A stretch of 64,000 nt of DNA, filler included, from Lenisia limosa (taxonomy: Eukaryota; Protista; Breviatea), in the NCBI GenBank assembly GCA_001655205.1. It is 12 parts of 12 records of this genome, joined end to end, with 100 filler letters (N's around TTAATTAATTAA, not from the genome) between each part and the next. Parts side by side here need not be neighbours in the genome. Positions count along the whole stretch, not along the records: positions 44,030 to 48,578 come from LPNZ01010220.1; positions 48,679 to 50,097 come from LPNZ01002947.1; positions 50,198 to 53,220 come from LPNZ01006598.1; positions 53,321 to 57,435 come from LPNZ01007346.1; 8 more parts are not named here. One strand, given 5' to 3'. The notes below the pieces were generated by a model, which worked only from the letters and a program-made list of their open reading frames with translations, was not told the DNA's origin and searched no databases. Shown here piece by piece: positions 47,201 through 57,535 of this stretch (positions within the stretch are counted from its first letter, which is position 1; each line of letters begins with the position of its first letter). The translations under genes and the position numbers were made by a program.

Positions 47201-47811
47201 TCTGTTGACCTCCCCTTCCTGTGGTTGGGTTTGATCACATTCCATGTGATCAAGATCACAGGTGGGCTTCACTTCTGTTCGAAAAAAACCCTGTAAAATA
47301 TCGATAGTTTTCGAGGATTTTTCGAGATTTTCGAACCGAAGTGAAGCCCTAATCACAGGTCTGTTGACATGCTTGATGATTTTCGTTTTCTCCCAATGCT
47401 TCTTTGTTGTTTGACCCTTTTCGTGTTTCGGGGCTCTATTGAGTTATATGTGGATAGTTTCAACCAGTTCCAAAGAAAGTTACTTTTGTTTCTCAAAGAT
47501 TTACCATGTTTTTGTTTTGACTGAAGGGAGTTGTTATTTTGGTTTAATCTATAAAATTTCTGAATTTTATGATTGAACTTGATATTTTAGATGACTATTC
47601 AACTCTCTCCATTGTGAGTTGGACCACTCCGAGCCGAAACACGCGCCACATCATCGCTTACGCCATCATCACGCTTGTCTGTATGGTTGCAGCGATACTT
47701 ACCATTGTGTGGATAATGAAGCGAGTGTGGAGTGACGACGACGACGATGATGATGATGAAGACGAGGATTACAACATGGAGCAGGTTCGTCAACAAACGC
47801 AAGAAACATGA
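44228..47811 (+). CDS. Putative type I membrane protein with Cys-rich ectodomain (5' partial)
   Basis: Cys-rich exons (DCGHNDNVVMGKCTAHCPFGRFDQAGLCVEPTETFCERH; SEYWPKTDSCICGPG), middle exons, and a last exon with TM segment IIAYAIITLVCMVAAILTIVWIM plus an acidic tail ending at 47811. Confidence 0.55.
44684..44783. mobile_element. MITE family A (CCCTACGG subtype)
   Basis: GGGCTTCCCTGCGGTCCGAAAAAGAC...TTTTGGGACCGTAGGGAACCCC-TA. Confidence 0.8.
46080..46248 (+). repeat. Stacked family G plus G/B chimera ending at acceptor 46252-46253
   Basis: TATTCTTCATCGAATTTCCTTCGTTTTACTTCCCCC ... TTCTTCATCGAATTTCTTTCGTTTTTGTCAGCCAACAGAGTTGGGGC..CCAATTTTACTCCCCCTCCCAG. Confidence 0.8.
47264..47351. mobile_element. 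MITE family A
   Basis: GGGCTTCACTTCTGTTCGAAAA...TTTTCGAACCGAAGTGAAGCCC-TA. Confidence 0.85.
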
Positions 47812-47840
47812 TATGACAATATTATATATATATGGGTCCT

Positions 47841-48505
47841 CAAAGCTCCGGACATCATTCAAAATTTCCGGACACATCAAAACTCCCGGACAGCTTGAAG
47901 TTGACACCTTGTATAGGCCATTGCTAGTGTTTTTTAAAAAAATGCTTCGACAGATACATAGAAAAATGGACCTCCTAATGTTCCCTAACTTTGTTTTTCA
48001 ATTTTGAGCAAGTGTCAAAAATCCGTGAATTTGGTCTCCCGGGGGTCCCCCTTTTGCCTTTTCACAGGATTTTTTCTCTGAATCTTACCCTCTTTTAGTG
48101 TTAAGAAAAAAATTTGTACCCCTCGGAGTAATTGGTTCCGGGTTCCCATTTGCTTTGGCTATGTAATGGTGAATTTTGAGGAAAAAATGCTAAAAATAGC
48201 ACTGTCTACAGGGGTAAACTTTCCCGGATAGTTGCCATTTATTCCTTGAATGTGGCCTTTTATAACGGTTTTTGCTTGTTTTTGACCGTTTTTGGACCGT
48301 AAATAGAGAGCTTAGGGACTTAATTTGGTTTTGACCCGATAATATGTTAAATTGGGGTTTCATTATTTGATTAAGATTGAGATTACTTTCAAAAACAGAA
48401 GGGAAATAGGATTTCTGGGTGGTTTATGGTGATTTTGAATGGAAAACTCAAGCTGTCCGGGAGTTTTGATGTGTCCGGGAATTTTGAACGATGTCCGGAG
48501 CTTTG
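47841..48505. mobile_element. Non-autonomous DNA-transposon-like element with 58-bp TIRs
   Basis: 47841-47898 (CAAAGCTCCGGACATC..CCCGGACAGCTTGA) is the near-perfect reverse complement of 48448-48505. The ~550-bp interior is non-coding. No TSD seen. Confidence 0.7.
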
Positions 48506-48839
48506 GCTATACATATCATATATCCCACCGGTCATAAATCAGGTGGAAATCAGAAATCAGGTGGAAATCAAAAATCAANNNNNNNNNNNNNNNNNNNNNN
48601 NNNNNNNNNNNNNNNNNNNNNNTTAATTAATTAANNNNNNNNNNNNNNNNNNNNNNNNNNNNNNNNNNNNNNNNNNNNTGTTGTTATCAACCCTTGTGTG
48701 TTGTCAGCCAACAGAGTTGTTTTGGGCTGTTTTGTTTCATATATTTTCCAATTTTTCTCCCCCCTTTATTTCTAATGTTTATTTCTCATTTCTGCGTATT
48801 TATTTTCATTAATTTCACATACTCTCACCAATATTTACA

Positions 48840-49985
48840 TTGGGTTTAGACCTGGATAAAGTAGAACCGCTCCCAAGCTTTAATATAGAGGACGAGTTAC
48901 CTTCATCGAGGGACGGTTTCAATTCGCCTAGTTTGGGTAGGGCGGGGGTGAGTTTTGCCAAGCTTTATTGGATGGGAGGTTCAAAACTGAGGTTTACAAA
49001 CTACAATTGGAAATGGGTGTAGATATCAGGCTTTTTTGTTTCATAAAATTTTCCCTTTCCACCAACCGCCACAATCTGAATATTACTTGTTGGTCAATAC
49101 CCTTTAGGACCAACAAGTCTCATACAACATGGATATTGAGCTTTATCATCTTGGTCTGGTTGAGAAATGTGTTGATTTTGGATTGGTTGGGTGATGGGTG
49201 AGGATTGTTTCTGAGGTGAAGGGTGATAAACAAATTAGAAATAAAGGGTTTCTGAAGATAAGGGATATTGGGTCATGGAGTTTACCAGAGCTAAGTTTTC
49301 TTCAGCAAATAGTCTGATTCCAATGAAAATTTTAACTTCCCATTTAGGAGGTTTAGAAGCCAGCAATTCCGAGCTTGTCAGTGTCAGCTCACTCACTTCG
49401 AAACCCAACTTGCAGCAGTGGGGGGGGGGGTANNNNNNNNNNNNNNNNNNNNNNNNNNNNNNNNNNNNNNNNNNNNNNNNNNNNNNNNNNNNNNNNNNNT
49501 AAATATTGTGTTTTAATAAAAAATATTATATTGGATCTGTAGGTCGATTATCACACGATAGTGTTTTCATCAAAATTTCTTTCGCTTCACTCCTCCTCTC
49601 TCAGGCTCAACCTGGTCCTCCCGGATATGAGGGAAGCTCTTGAGTTGGCCCGGGCTTTTGTGACTAGTCTGTGCAACGCGTTTGACTCCCTTACAAGGTA
49701 GGGAATAATGGGGTTTTATGTTGTGTATTGGGGAGTGTATTGTGGTAGCCAACATATTCGATTTTGGGTTGTATTTTTCATAACTCTTTGGGAGGCGGTG
49801 CTGCATAAGCGTCTGGCCTGGGCTTTGTTTGTTTTGCTGTTAGCAACTCTTGTTGTCAGCCAACAGAACTGGTTTTTGATCTTGTTGTTTCACAACATTT
49901 CCAATTTACCCACAAGACCGTCCGATCACATGGCTGTTTTGGCCCATATTGTGTCCAATCGCGAGCACCACAAACTCTTCAAAGT
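48840..49985 (+). CDS. Unidentified multi-exon protein fragment
   Basis: AG/GT-bounded exons LNLVLPDMREALELARAFVTSLCNAFDSLT (~49604-49697) and RPSDHMAVLAHIVSNREHHKLFK (49917-49983). Confidence 0.4.
49790..49910 (+). repeat. Family B copy ending at acceptor 49915-49916
   Basis: GGGAGGCGGTGCTGCATAAGCGTCTGGCCTGGGCTTTG..GTCAGCCAACAG..TTTCCAATTTACCCACAAG|. Confidence 0.8.
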
Positions 49986-50252
49986 AAGGGGGTGGGGTAG
50001 ACTGTATAACGTATATATTAAGATAGTTTGCCAATAGTTGATAGAGATGATTCTGGGTTTTTTGTTTATAAAATAGTCCATTCACACCGCTACCCCCNNN
50101 NNNNNNNNNNNNNNNNNNNNNNNNNNNNNNNNNNNNNNNNNTTAATTAATTAANNNNNNNNNNNNNNNNNNNNNNNNNNNNNNNNNNNNNNNNNNNNTAC
50201 TATATATTTTATATAATATGTATATATTATATATTAATATTCCTTGTAGATA

Positions 50253-53220
50253 TGACAGACATGTTCATGTTGTTTGGCTCAACAGCTGCACCGAAAAAAC
50301 CCGAATCTGGAGAGGAAGCTTTTGAAGGTTGGTGCATTTTTGTTTTGGTTTCTTCCAATTGCTGCGTATTTATCCTTTCAGAATCTGTTGAAGTCTTGGC
50401 TATGGCCAAAGAAGAAGATGAAGTTGGTTTTTCTCTCATTATTACTATGTGGCTACATTCCATTCTTCTTTTCATCTCATTATCAATGCATTTCATTATC
50501 TTTCTGTTTTTTTATTTCCATAAGTTTTTTTTTTCTCCTTTGCCCGATTACGTGAAGTAACGATACAGGAAGAGGCTCGTGCTGGTCGTATGTATGCCAC
50601 CGTTGTTCGAGAAGACAATTCTCTTGATGTAAGTTCCAAGTTTGAATGCTGTCAGTTTGGCTGTAAATCTGTCACATCACCAAACCCTCAGATTTACACA
50701 GTCCCGGCGTTTTCACTGGCGTTCAGTGTTCCCAATGCGGCAACCGGTGCATCCGTGCTCAGTCGGGGGGGGGGGGGNNNNNNNNNNNNNNNNNNNNNNN
50801 NNNNNNNNNNNNNNNNNNNNNNNNNNNNNNNNNNNNNNNNNNNNNNNNNNNNNNNNNNNNNNNNNNNNNNNNNNNNNNNNNNNNGCGTCAAATCGAAACT
50901 ACACAAACGTGGGGATTTTATAGCACATACCCAATTCAAATATATATCGCCATCCTGGTTATTCGCATTCGTTAACATTTACTAGAAGGAGTTGAGTTCG
51001 TTGCTGTTTTTTTTTTTACACTTCAGGGATGCGATTTGAACATCAAAGAAGTCTGTCTTCAATCCCTTCACCCTATTTACCTTGATCCCTACCTCTTTGT
51101 AAGCATCGTGATTTTTTTTCTTTAGTATCGAACTGCCTTTTTATTTGTTTATATTGCAGATTTCGCTTTCCAATGGCGACACTTACACCTACCGCTCCTT
51201 CCAATACCCGTGTAATGGACAGGTTTGTACATTGCATTGATTTTCTAGTAGTAATATTACTCGTACTTCTTTGTAAGTTTTATTTCCATTGATCTAACCA
51301 CATTAGTTTTTGCCGTTGCGCTTCTCCCGAGTTCCCCTTCCCGTTACCCTCCCTCGCACCATCCCAACTGACCGTCACGCACTCCTGGCAAAGTCCTTGT
51401 ATGCCTCACCAACTATCGTCGTAGCCCTATGATAGGGAAGTAACCTTCTGCACCGCTCCGTTTTTGCCCCCTCTTTTTTATTAGTTCATAACATGACTGG
51501 GTGAATTAATATTATTCTATATTAATACAATATCTCTTATAAGCGTGATTGTGTGGACGGCTTCGGCCAGATACAACCTAATTTTGTATTTNNNNNNNNN
51601 NNNNNNNNNNNNNNNNNNNNNNNNNNNNNNNNNNNNNNNNNNNNNNNNNNNNNNNNNNNNNNNNNNNNNNNAACCGATAGCGGTCTTTTTACACTAATTT
51701 ATTCCTTCACTCACAGCCATCTTCTCCCTTTACCATCTAGCCCCCGTACACTGGTTCCCTTTGAGAGCATCTCAGGGCGCTCTGGTCTCGTCATTACTGG
51801 AAATAAACCAATCTGGGTTTGCATTTTTTTTAAAACTGCCAACAATTTCATTTCTATTGTTTCTTTTTAAAAAATATTTACCCCCCCCCCCCAGGTGACA
51901 GTCGAAAGAGGTTATTTGCGATGCCACACTCATTCCGGAGCCTCTGGAACCCAGATTGACACTACAATTAAGGTATCCTGGTGATATGAGAGTATATTTA
52001 GATAGTGGATCGATAATGTAAACTCATTCTCTCAGTATTTAACACAGTTATTTAGGCATTTTCGGGACTGTCTCTTCCTGACAACCCTGATGGGTTTGTC
52101 TATCAGGATAAAAACGTTGGGGGGAGGGGGTCTAAGTATTTTGAAAGTTTGACAAATGTACAAAGTGTTATTAACTTGTCTTCTGCTTTCTTGTTTGGTG
52201 CAATTGCAGACTCATGCATGTACTAACCTAACTGATTGCTTAGAACCTTCACTTCTCCACACTGTCGCAAACAAACCTTGATTCAGACTGGGTTCTGTCA
52301 CAGCTTCCTGCTAAGTAAGCTTTCGTTCCTCCTTTTGTTGATCTTCAAACAAAGCTTTTTCATTTCATGAATTGTGACCCTTTTAGGTCCACAGTCCATC
52401 ACATCGCCTATCATAAACAGAAGAACGTTGTCGTTGCAAGTGTATCTAAAGGTGAGAGGCTGCTGGTTATATTTGCCAGTCTCTCCCTTCTGTGATTATC
52501 TTACTTTGTGTTTTATCTATCTTGCAGATGTTGAGTGGGACCAACCCTGTATTGCTAAGGATGAACAAGGCGAACAAGTCAGTGATAACTTAAGTTTGAG
52601 AGGGGGAAGTGTGGTTTCCTGTTTGTGTGTTTATCTTATTAAAATCACCCTTCAGAGTAAGTTGAAAGGGAGGGAATTCCCTTGTATTTTATAGTTTTTT
52701 AACAAATATTTCTATCAAAAATGTTGTGTACCCCTACTCAATATACAGTCAAGCGTGACGAAAGTTTGGAGGGAATTTCCGTGCCCACAGATAGAGAGTT
52801 TTCTCTGGTTCTTTTTGATGGAACGGATTTCCAAATTTTGGATGAGTTAGTGGGGTACTTCGCTTATTGGTCTTTGTTGTGCTACTGAATCTCACTCTTC
52901 AGGTTCCCTCTCAGAGACCACGAGCACATTCTTGATATGAAACTGGTCCATCTCTCACCAGATGAGGAGGTTAGCTGGTGACCCGTCCTTGTAATCTTGA
53001 AAGACAGTAACTTACCCATGTAGAAAGAAGCCCAACCCTTCATTGCAGTGGGTGCAGGCCTCATGCAAGGTGAAGACGTTGCGGCACCTGGAAGAGTGAG
53101 GGGCTAGGGTGAGGGTGTTGTTGATTAAGAAATCCATCACAATCGCAATTGACAACCTAGCTTCTACTCTTTGATGTTGTGAAGCAGCATCTTCTTGGCG
53201 ATGAGGGGGAAGCTCTCAGC
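50253..53220 (+). CDS. CPSF1: Cleavage and polyadenylation specificity factor 160-kDa subunit (internal fragment)
   Basis: Exons match the CPSF160 motif order: PLRFSRV, LVPFESISGRSGLVITGNKPIW, NPDGFVYQ, LDSDWVLSQLP, STVHHIAYHKQKNV, EHILDMKLVHL, PFIAVGAGLMQGEDVAAPGRLLLFDVV. Confidence 0.88.
51495..51590 (+). repeat. Family D copy in a CPSF1 intron
   Basis: CTGGGTGAATTAATATT..ATCTCTTATAAGCGTGATTGTGTGGACGGCTTCGGCCAGATACAACC. Confidence 0.85.
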
Positions 53221-53320
53221 NNNNNNNNNNNNNNNNNNNNNNNNNNNNNNNNNNNNNNNNNNNNTTAATTAATTAANNNNNNNNNNNNNNNNNNNNNNNN
53301 NNNNNNNNNNNNNNNNNNNN

Positions 53321-56300
53321 ACTGTGGGCCAACCCCTGCAAACCACTCTTCACAACAGCCTCAATTTTGTCGGTTTTGTCCGTGGCCGTTTTGAGGTCAT
53401 TTTCCTGTCTTCTTTTGGCCTTACGGATTTTACCTAAGGAGGCTATTAGGTGTCTGTCCTTGAAGTTGGAGCTTGGGCTTCACTTCGGTTCGGAAAAAGA
53501 CAGAATTTCTCTATAAATCCGAAAACTATACCTTCAGCAAGTTTAATTTCGGACTCCACCTTGGCTATTTCAGCATTGGATGACGCTGATTCAGACTCAG
53601 CCACAGCTATGGGAGGGAGGGCAGTGAAAATTTGCAAACAATAATAAACCAAAATCAACGTAAAAATAAATGATTGGGGGGGGGGGGGNNNNNNNNNNNN
53701 NNNNNNNNNNNNNNNNNNNNNNNNNNNNNNNNNNNNNNNNNNNNNNNNNNNNNNNNNNNNNNNNNNNNNNNNNNNNNNNNNNNNNNNNNNNNNGACAACA
53801 CACGAATGTTGATAATAAGTGTTATATAATCCAACGTCCCACCATCTTCCTCAGCCAACAAGCTGCTCAAATTATCGGCAACTGCACTGAGATCCTCTGC
53901 ATGGGTCTCTAAGGCCTTGGCCTTATGACGCCATGCGTCTATGCCAGATTGTTGCGATGTTGTGAGTTGGGTCTGGGAGGGCGGGTTAAAATTGGAAAAT
54001 TTATGAAACAAAAAAAGCCCAAATCTGTAAAAGTGGAAAATATACAACAATAATATGCCCAAAAGAGACATAATTTAAACTGGAAAATGTAGTGTCAATA
54101 GTACAAACAGCGATCGCAAAGTCATGACACGATTGACAAAGGTATCCGTGCCAGGATAACGGCCAGTGTAAATATGTCAGCTACTATGCTTTTGAAAAAA
54201 TAAAACAACCCATACGTACCTCCAAGGATTTCAATTTCTCTCTCAGTTCGTTCACCGAAGACTCCAACTCCTCAGCCTTTTCTGCAGAGTAAGGTTTTTC
54301 GATAGCCTCGCAACTATCCGTTCACTCTATATACTGGACGACCGCCCTAAACTCTCGCCCAAAAATATTTGACCCAACAACACCCACCGTCAGCAAAGGC
54401 GTCACTTCGGTTCGAAAAATAAGAGTAAAGTATCGATAAGTTTCAAAGATTTATAGAGAACTACAGTCTTTTTCGAACCGAAGTTAAGCCATTACACAAC
54501 CCTGACTCTTAACTCCCCCCAAAACAGTTGACCTCACAACCCACCGAAATCCTCTTCAGCAAGGGCGTCACCCTGGTTCTTCTCAGCTTCCGAAATGAGT
54601 CGACTTGTCTGATGATTGTGAATAAATGAGGAACAAAAAATAAGGTTGTATCTGGCCGAAGACATGCACACCATCACGCCTATAAGAGATATTGGATTAT
54701 AAGAGATACTGATATTGAAATATTAATTCACCTACAATGATGTAGAAATTGTCTGATAATGATTTAGAGATGAAATTGTAAACAAGGTTGAATCTTGCCG
54801 AAGTAGCATAAACATCACCGATAATTATCTAGTATTTTATTTCATATCAAATAATAGCATGTTCCAGACACCCTACCTCGCCCAGTCCGGCAACAGAAAC
54901 GGCATATGTCAAGTGGGCCTTCACGTAATCTGAATGTAATCAACTGGCAGTGACTGAGATTATTTACATAGCATTTGATATACTCAGTGTTATTGACTTC
55001 TGACTAGGATCCCTACGGTCCCAAAAAGACAAAATTTCTCGATAAATCATAAACCCCTTATTTTACTGGTCTTTTTCGGACCATAGGGAAGTCCTACATA
55101 TAACTAAAATAAATATGTGGGAGTGGGGGGTTGTTCATTCAATAAATAGTACTAGACTGCTAGATGGTTAGAATCAGCATCGGTCAAATGAGCCTTCGCA
55201 TTGACTGAATTGTTAGTACATGGCCAAATGTCCTTTCACATTTGGAATAGTTGTTGGTTGGGCTCCATGCAAATAATCAATCAAATGATATTGTTTGTTT
55301 ACGATACAAGATGACTGCTTAACATCATGCAGCGTCCTACCAATATCGCAGTCTCGCACTAGGTCAACTGTTGCTGCCGATGCGTCACGAATGACGGCCA
55401 TGTTTTCTGGGGAGGGGGGGTATCGTATTACTATGTGGAAAACGATAGTACACACGTCATAAAGTGGGAAAAACAATGATTTGACCTTTATCAGATCCAA
55501 AAAAAAAAGAGCTGAAATTTGGTTGTTATCTTTCAAGACTTACTTGTTACGGTCTCACCCGCAAACCTTCGATTCTCACCTGAAGGGTTTTCTCCTTCTT
55601 CTTCTTCACAGCAACACGCTTCATCTTTTTTGTCTTCTTCTTTGTGGCTAAAGAGTTAAAATACTCTATTCATGTTTTTTTTCAGATTCACATATGGACT
55701 GACAGCGACAAGTTCTGATACGTTTGACAAAAATAAAACTCAGATGAAAGGAAAAGCTCAATCCTTGTTAGAAATTATCGCGGTCACTGTATACTACGTG
55801 TTTTATATTCGGGAGTATCAATTGAAAATCCCCCCGATGGAGAGGAAANNNNNNNNNNNNNNNNNNNNNNNNNNNNNNNNNNNNNNNNNNNNNNNNNNNN
55901 NACATCCGAGTCAATAGGAGTGGGGGGAACAAAAACATCAGTCACAACCACGGCCGCGGGGGCAAGTTGCTCTTCGGAAACCTCAGTCGGAACTGTTTCG
56001 GTTGCGGTAGTGTCGGCAGTCGGTGCAGTGGGTACCGGGGGAAGGTCGAAATCGTCTTGGCTCGGAGCGGATATGTTCATACCAGCCATCATATCGGTCT
56101 CTGTGGGATAGAATAACATTTTGAGATATAATAAAAAGAAAATCTTGGGAAATTAATAAATACATAGGAGGATAATCTGTCATCCCAGTCACTGTATATA
56201 TTCTATCAAAAAAAAAAGAAAGAAACAAATCCCTCTGAAATGCCAAACACCAACCAGGTTCTGTGTGAGTGACTGGCTCAGCAATTTCCATACAAACACT

Positions 56301-56900
56301 CGGGGGAGGAGAGCCTGATGCGAAAATCATGGAGAAATTACAAACAAAATTAAGGGAAATTTTGGTGAGAACATGGTGGAACTTACGGGAAAGTAGTTGA
56401 AATTATTCACAATATCTGTTATAATGTTGGAAATTTGTTTCAAAAACACGCGAAAATAACATCTATGTATCATATTTGACGTAGCTATGAGTATACATTA
56501 AACCCCTACTCATACCCCCCCCCCCCACGGTTGACAGGGGCACTTGGAGATTGCGGCGGGGTAGCGGAAGCAATTTTGAACCCTCCACGGCCACGCCCTC
56601 TTCCTCCTCTGCGTCCTGTGCCATTAATTGGACAATTTATGAAATAAAAAAGCCCAAATAAACTTTCGAACAATACCGTTTAAATATCGATATTTATCAA
56701 GGATTTATCGAGAAACTCGGTCATATTTGGGGCTGAAGGGAAGCTCTAATTACACTGTATATTGATATTGTCATACGACATCAGCGATATATATTAGGGA
56801 TAAATTTTATAACGCCCCCCCCCTCTCTATACCCACCTCGACCTCCACGCCCCCCTCGCGATGTGGGCTCTTCTGGCTCAGTCTTCTTTGCAGGGTGCTG
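53321..56900 (-). CDS. Unidentified coiled-coil protein with RGG motifs (partial)
   Basis: Exons EPEEPTSRGGRGGRG, GRRGGRGRGRGGFKIASAT, KKKTKKMKRVAVKKKKEK, KAEELESSVNELREEIEIL, AWRHKAKALETHAEDLSAVADNL, AEIAKVESEIKLAE, each bounded by AG/GT. Confidence 0.5.
55005..55096. mobile_element. MITE family A (CCCTACGG subtype)
   Basis: TA-GGATCCCTACGGTCCCAAAAGAC...GTCTTTTTCGGACCATAGGGAAGTCC-TA. Confidence 0.8.
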
Positions 56901-56977
56901 AAAGTAATGAGGGAAATGAAAATGGGACTGTTAGTGAGTGCTATTAATGTGTTGTTGTGCTCAAAATAAATATAACA

Positions 56978-57180
56978 TATGATAATCCGCATCTACAAGT
57001 GATACGTTCATATGACCGACTTTCAAGTCGAAATGATGAACAAAGAAAACACGAGGGTTCATCCCGAGTGTATCAGAGTATCATTGAGACTTGTCGGTCA
57101 ACTATTATACGAGTGGGTATCACTGAGTGGAAAATGATAGTTCTCACGTGTGAAAATGACCCAAAAAGTGATATGATGAT
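56978..57180 (+). repeat. Family C copy (near full length)
   Basis: Colinear with 805-1005 over ~200 bp. Confidence 0.85.
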
Positions 57181-57535
57181 ATCCGATAGTTTGGCTCTCG
57201 CCTCCACTCAAACAACAAAAGTTGACTGCTTGGATAACTAAAAGATTACCCTCAGCCTATACTCAAACAACTATCATAGTAAAAGTTTACCCTATTCTTA
57301 AACAACTATAGTTGACTGCTTCGATAATTTAAACGTTGACCGGAAAACATCAAAAGTTGACCCTCAGCCTCACCGATTGGACCGGGACGGGGGCGGGACC
57401 AGCCGGCTTCTTTGCGGGGGAGGGGGCAACCGTAGNNNNNNNNNNNNNNNNNNNNNNNNNNNNNNNNNNNNNNNNNNNNTTAATTAATTAANNNNNNNNN
57501 NNNNNNNNNNNNNNNNNNNNNNNNNNNNNNNNNNN

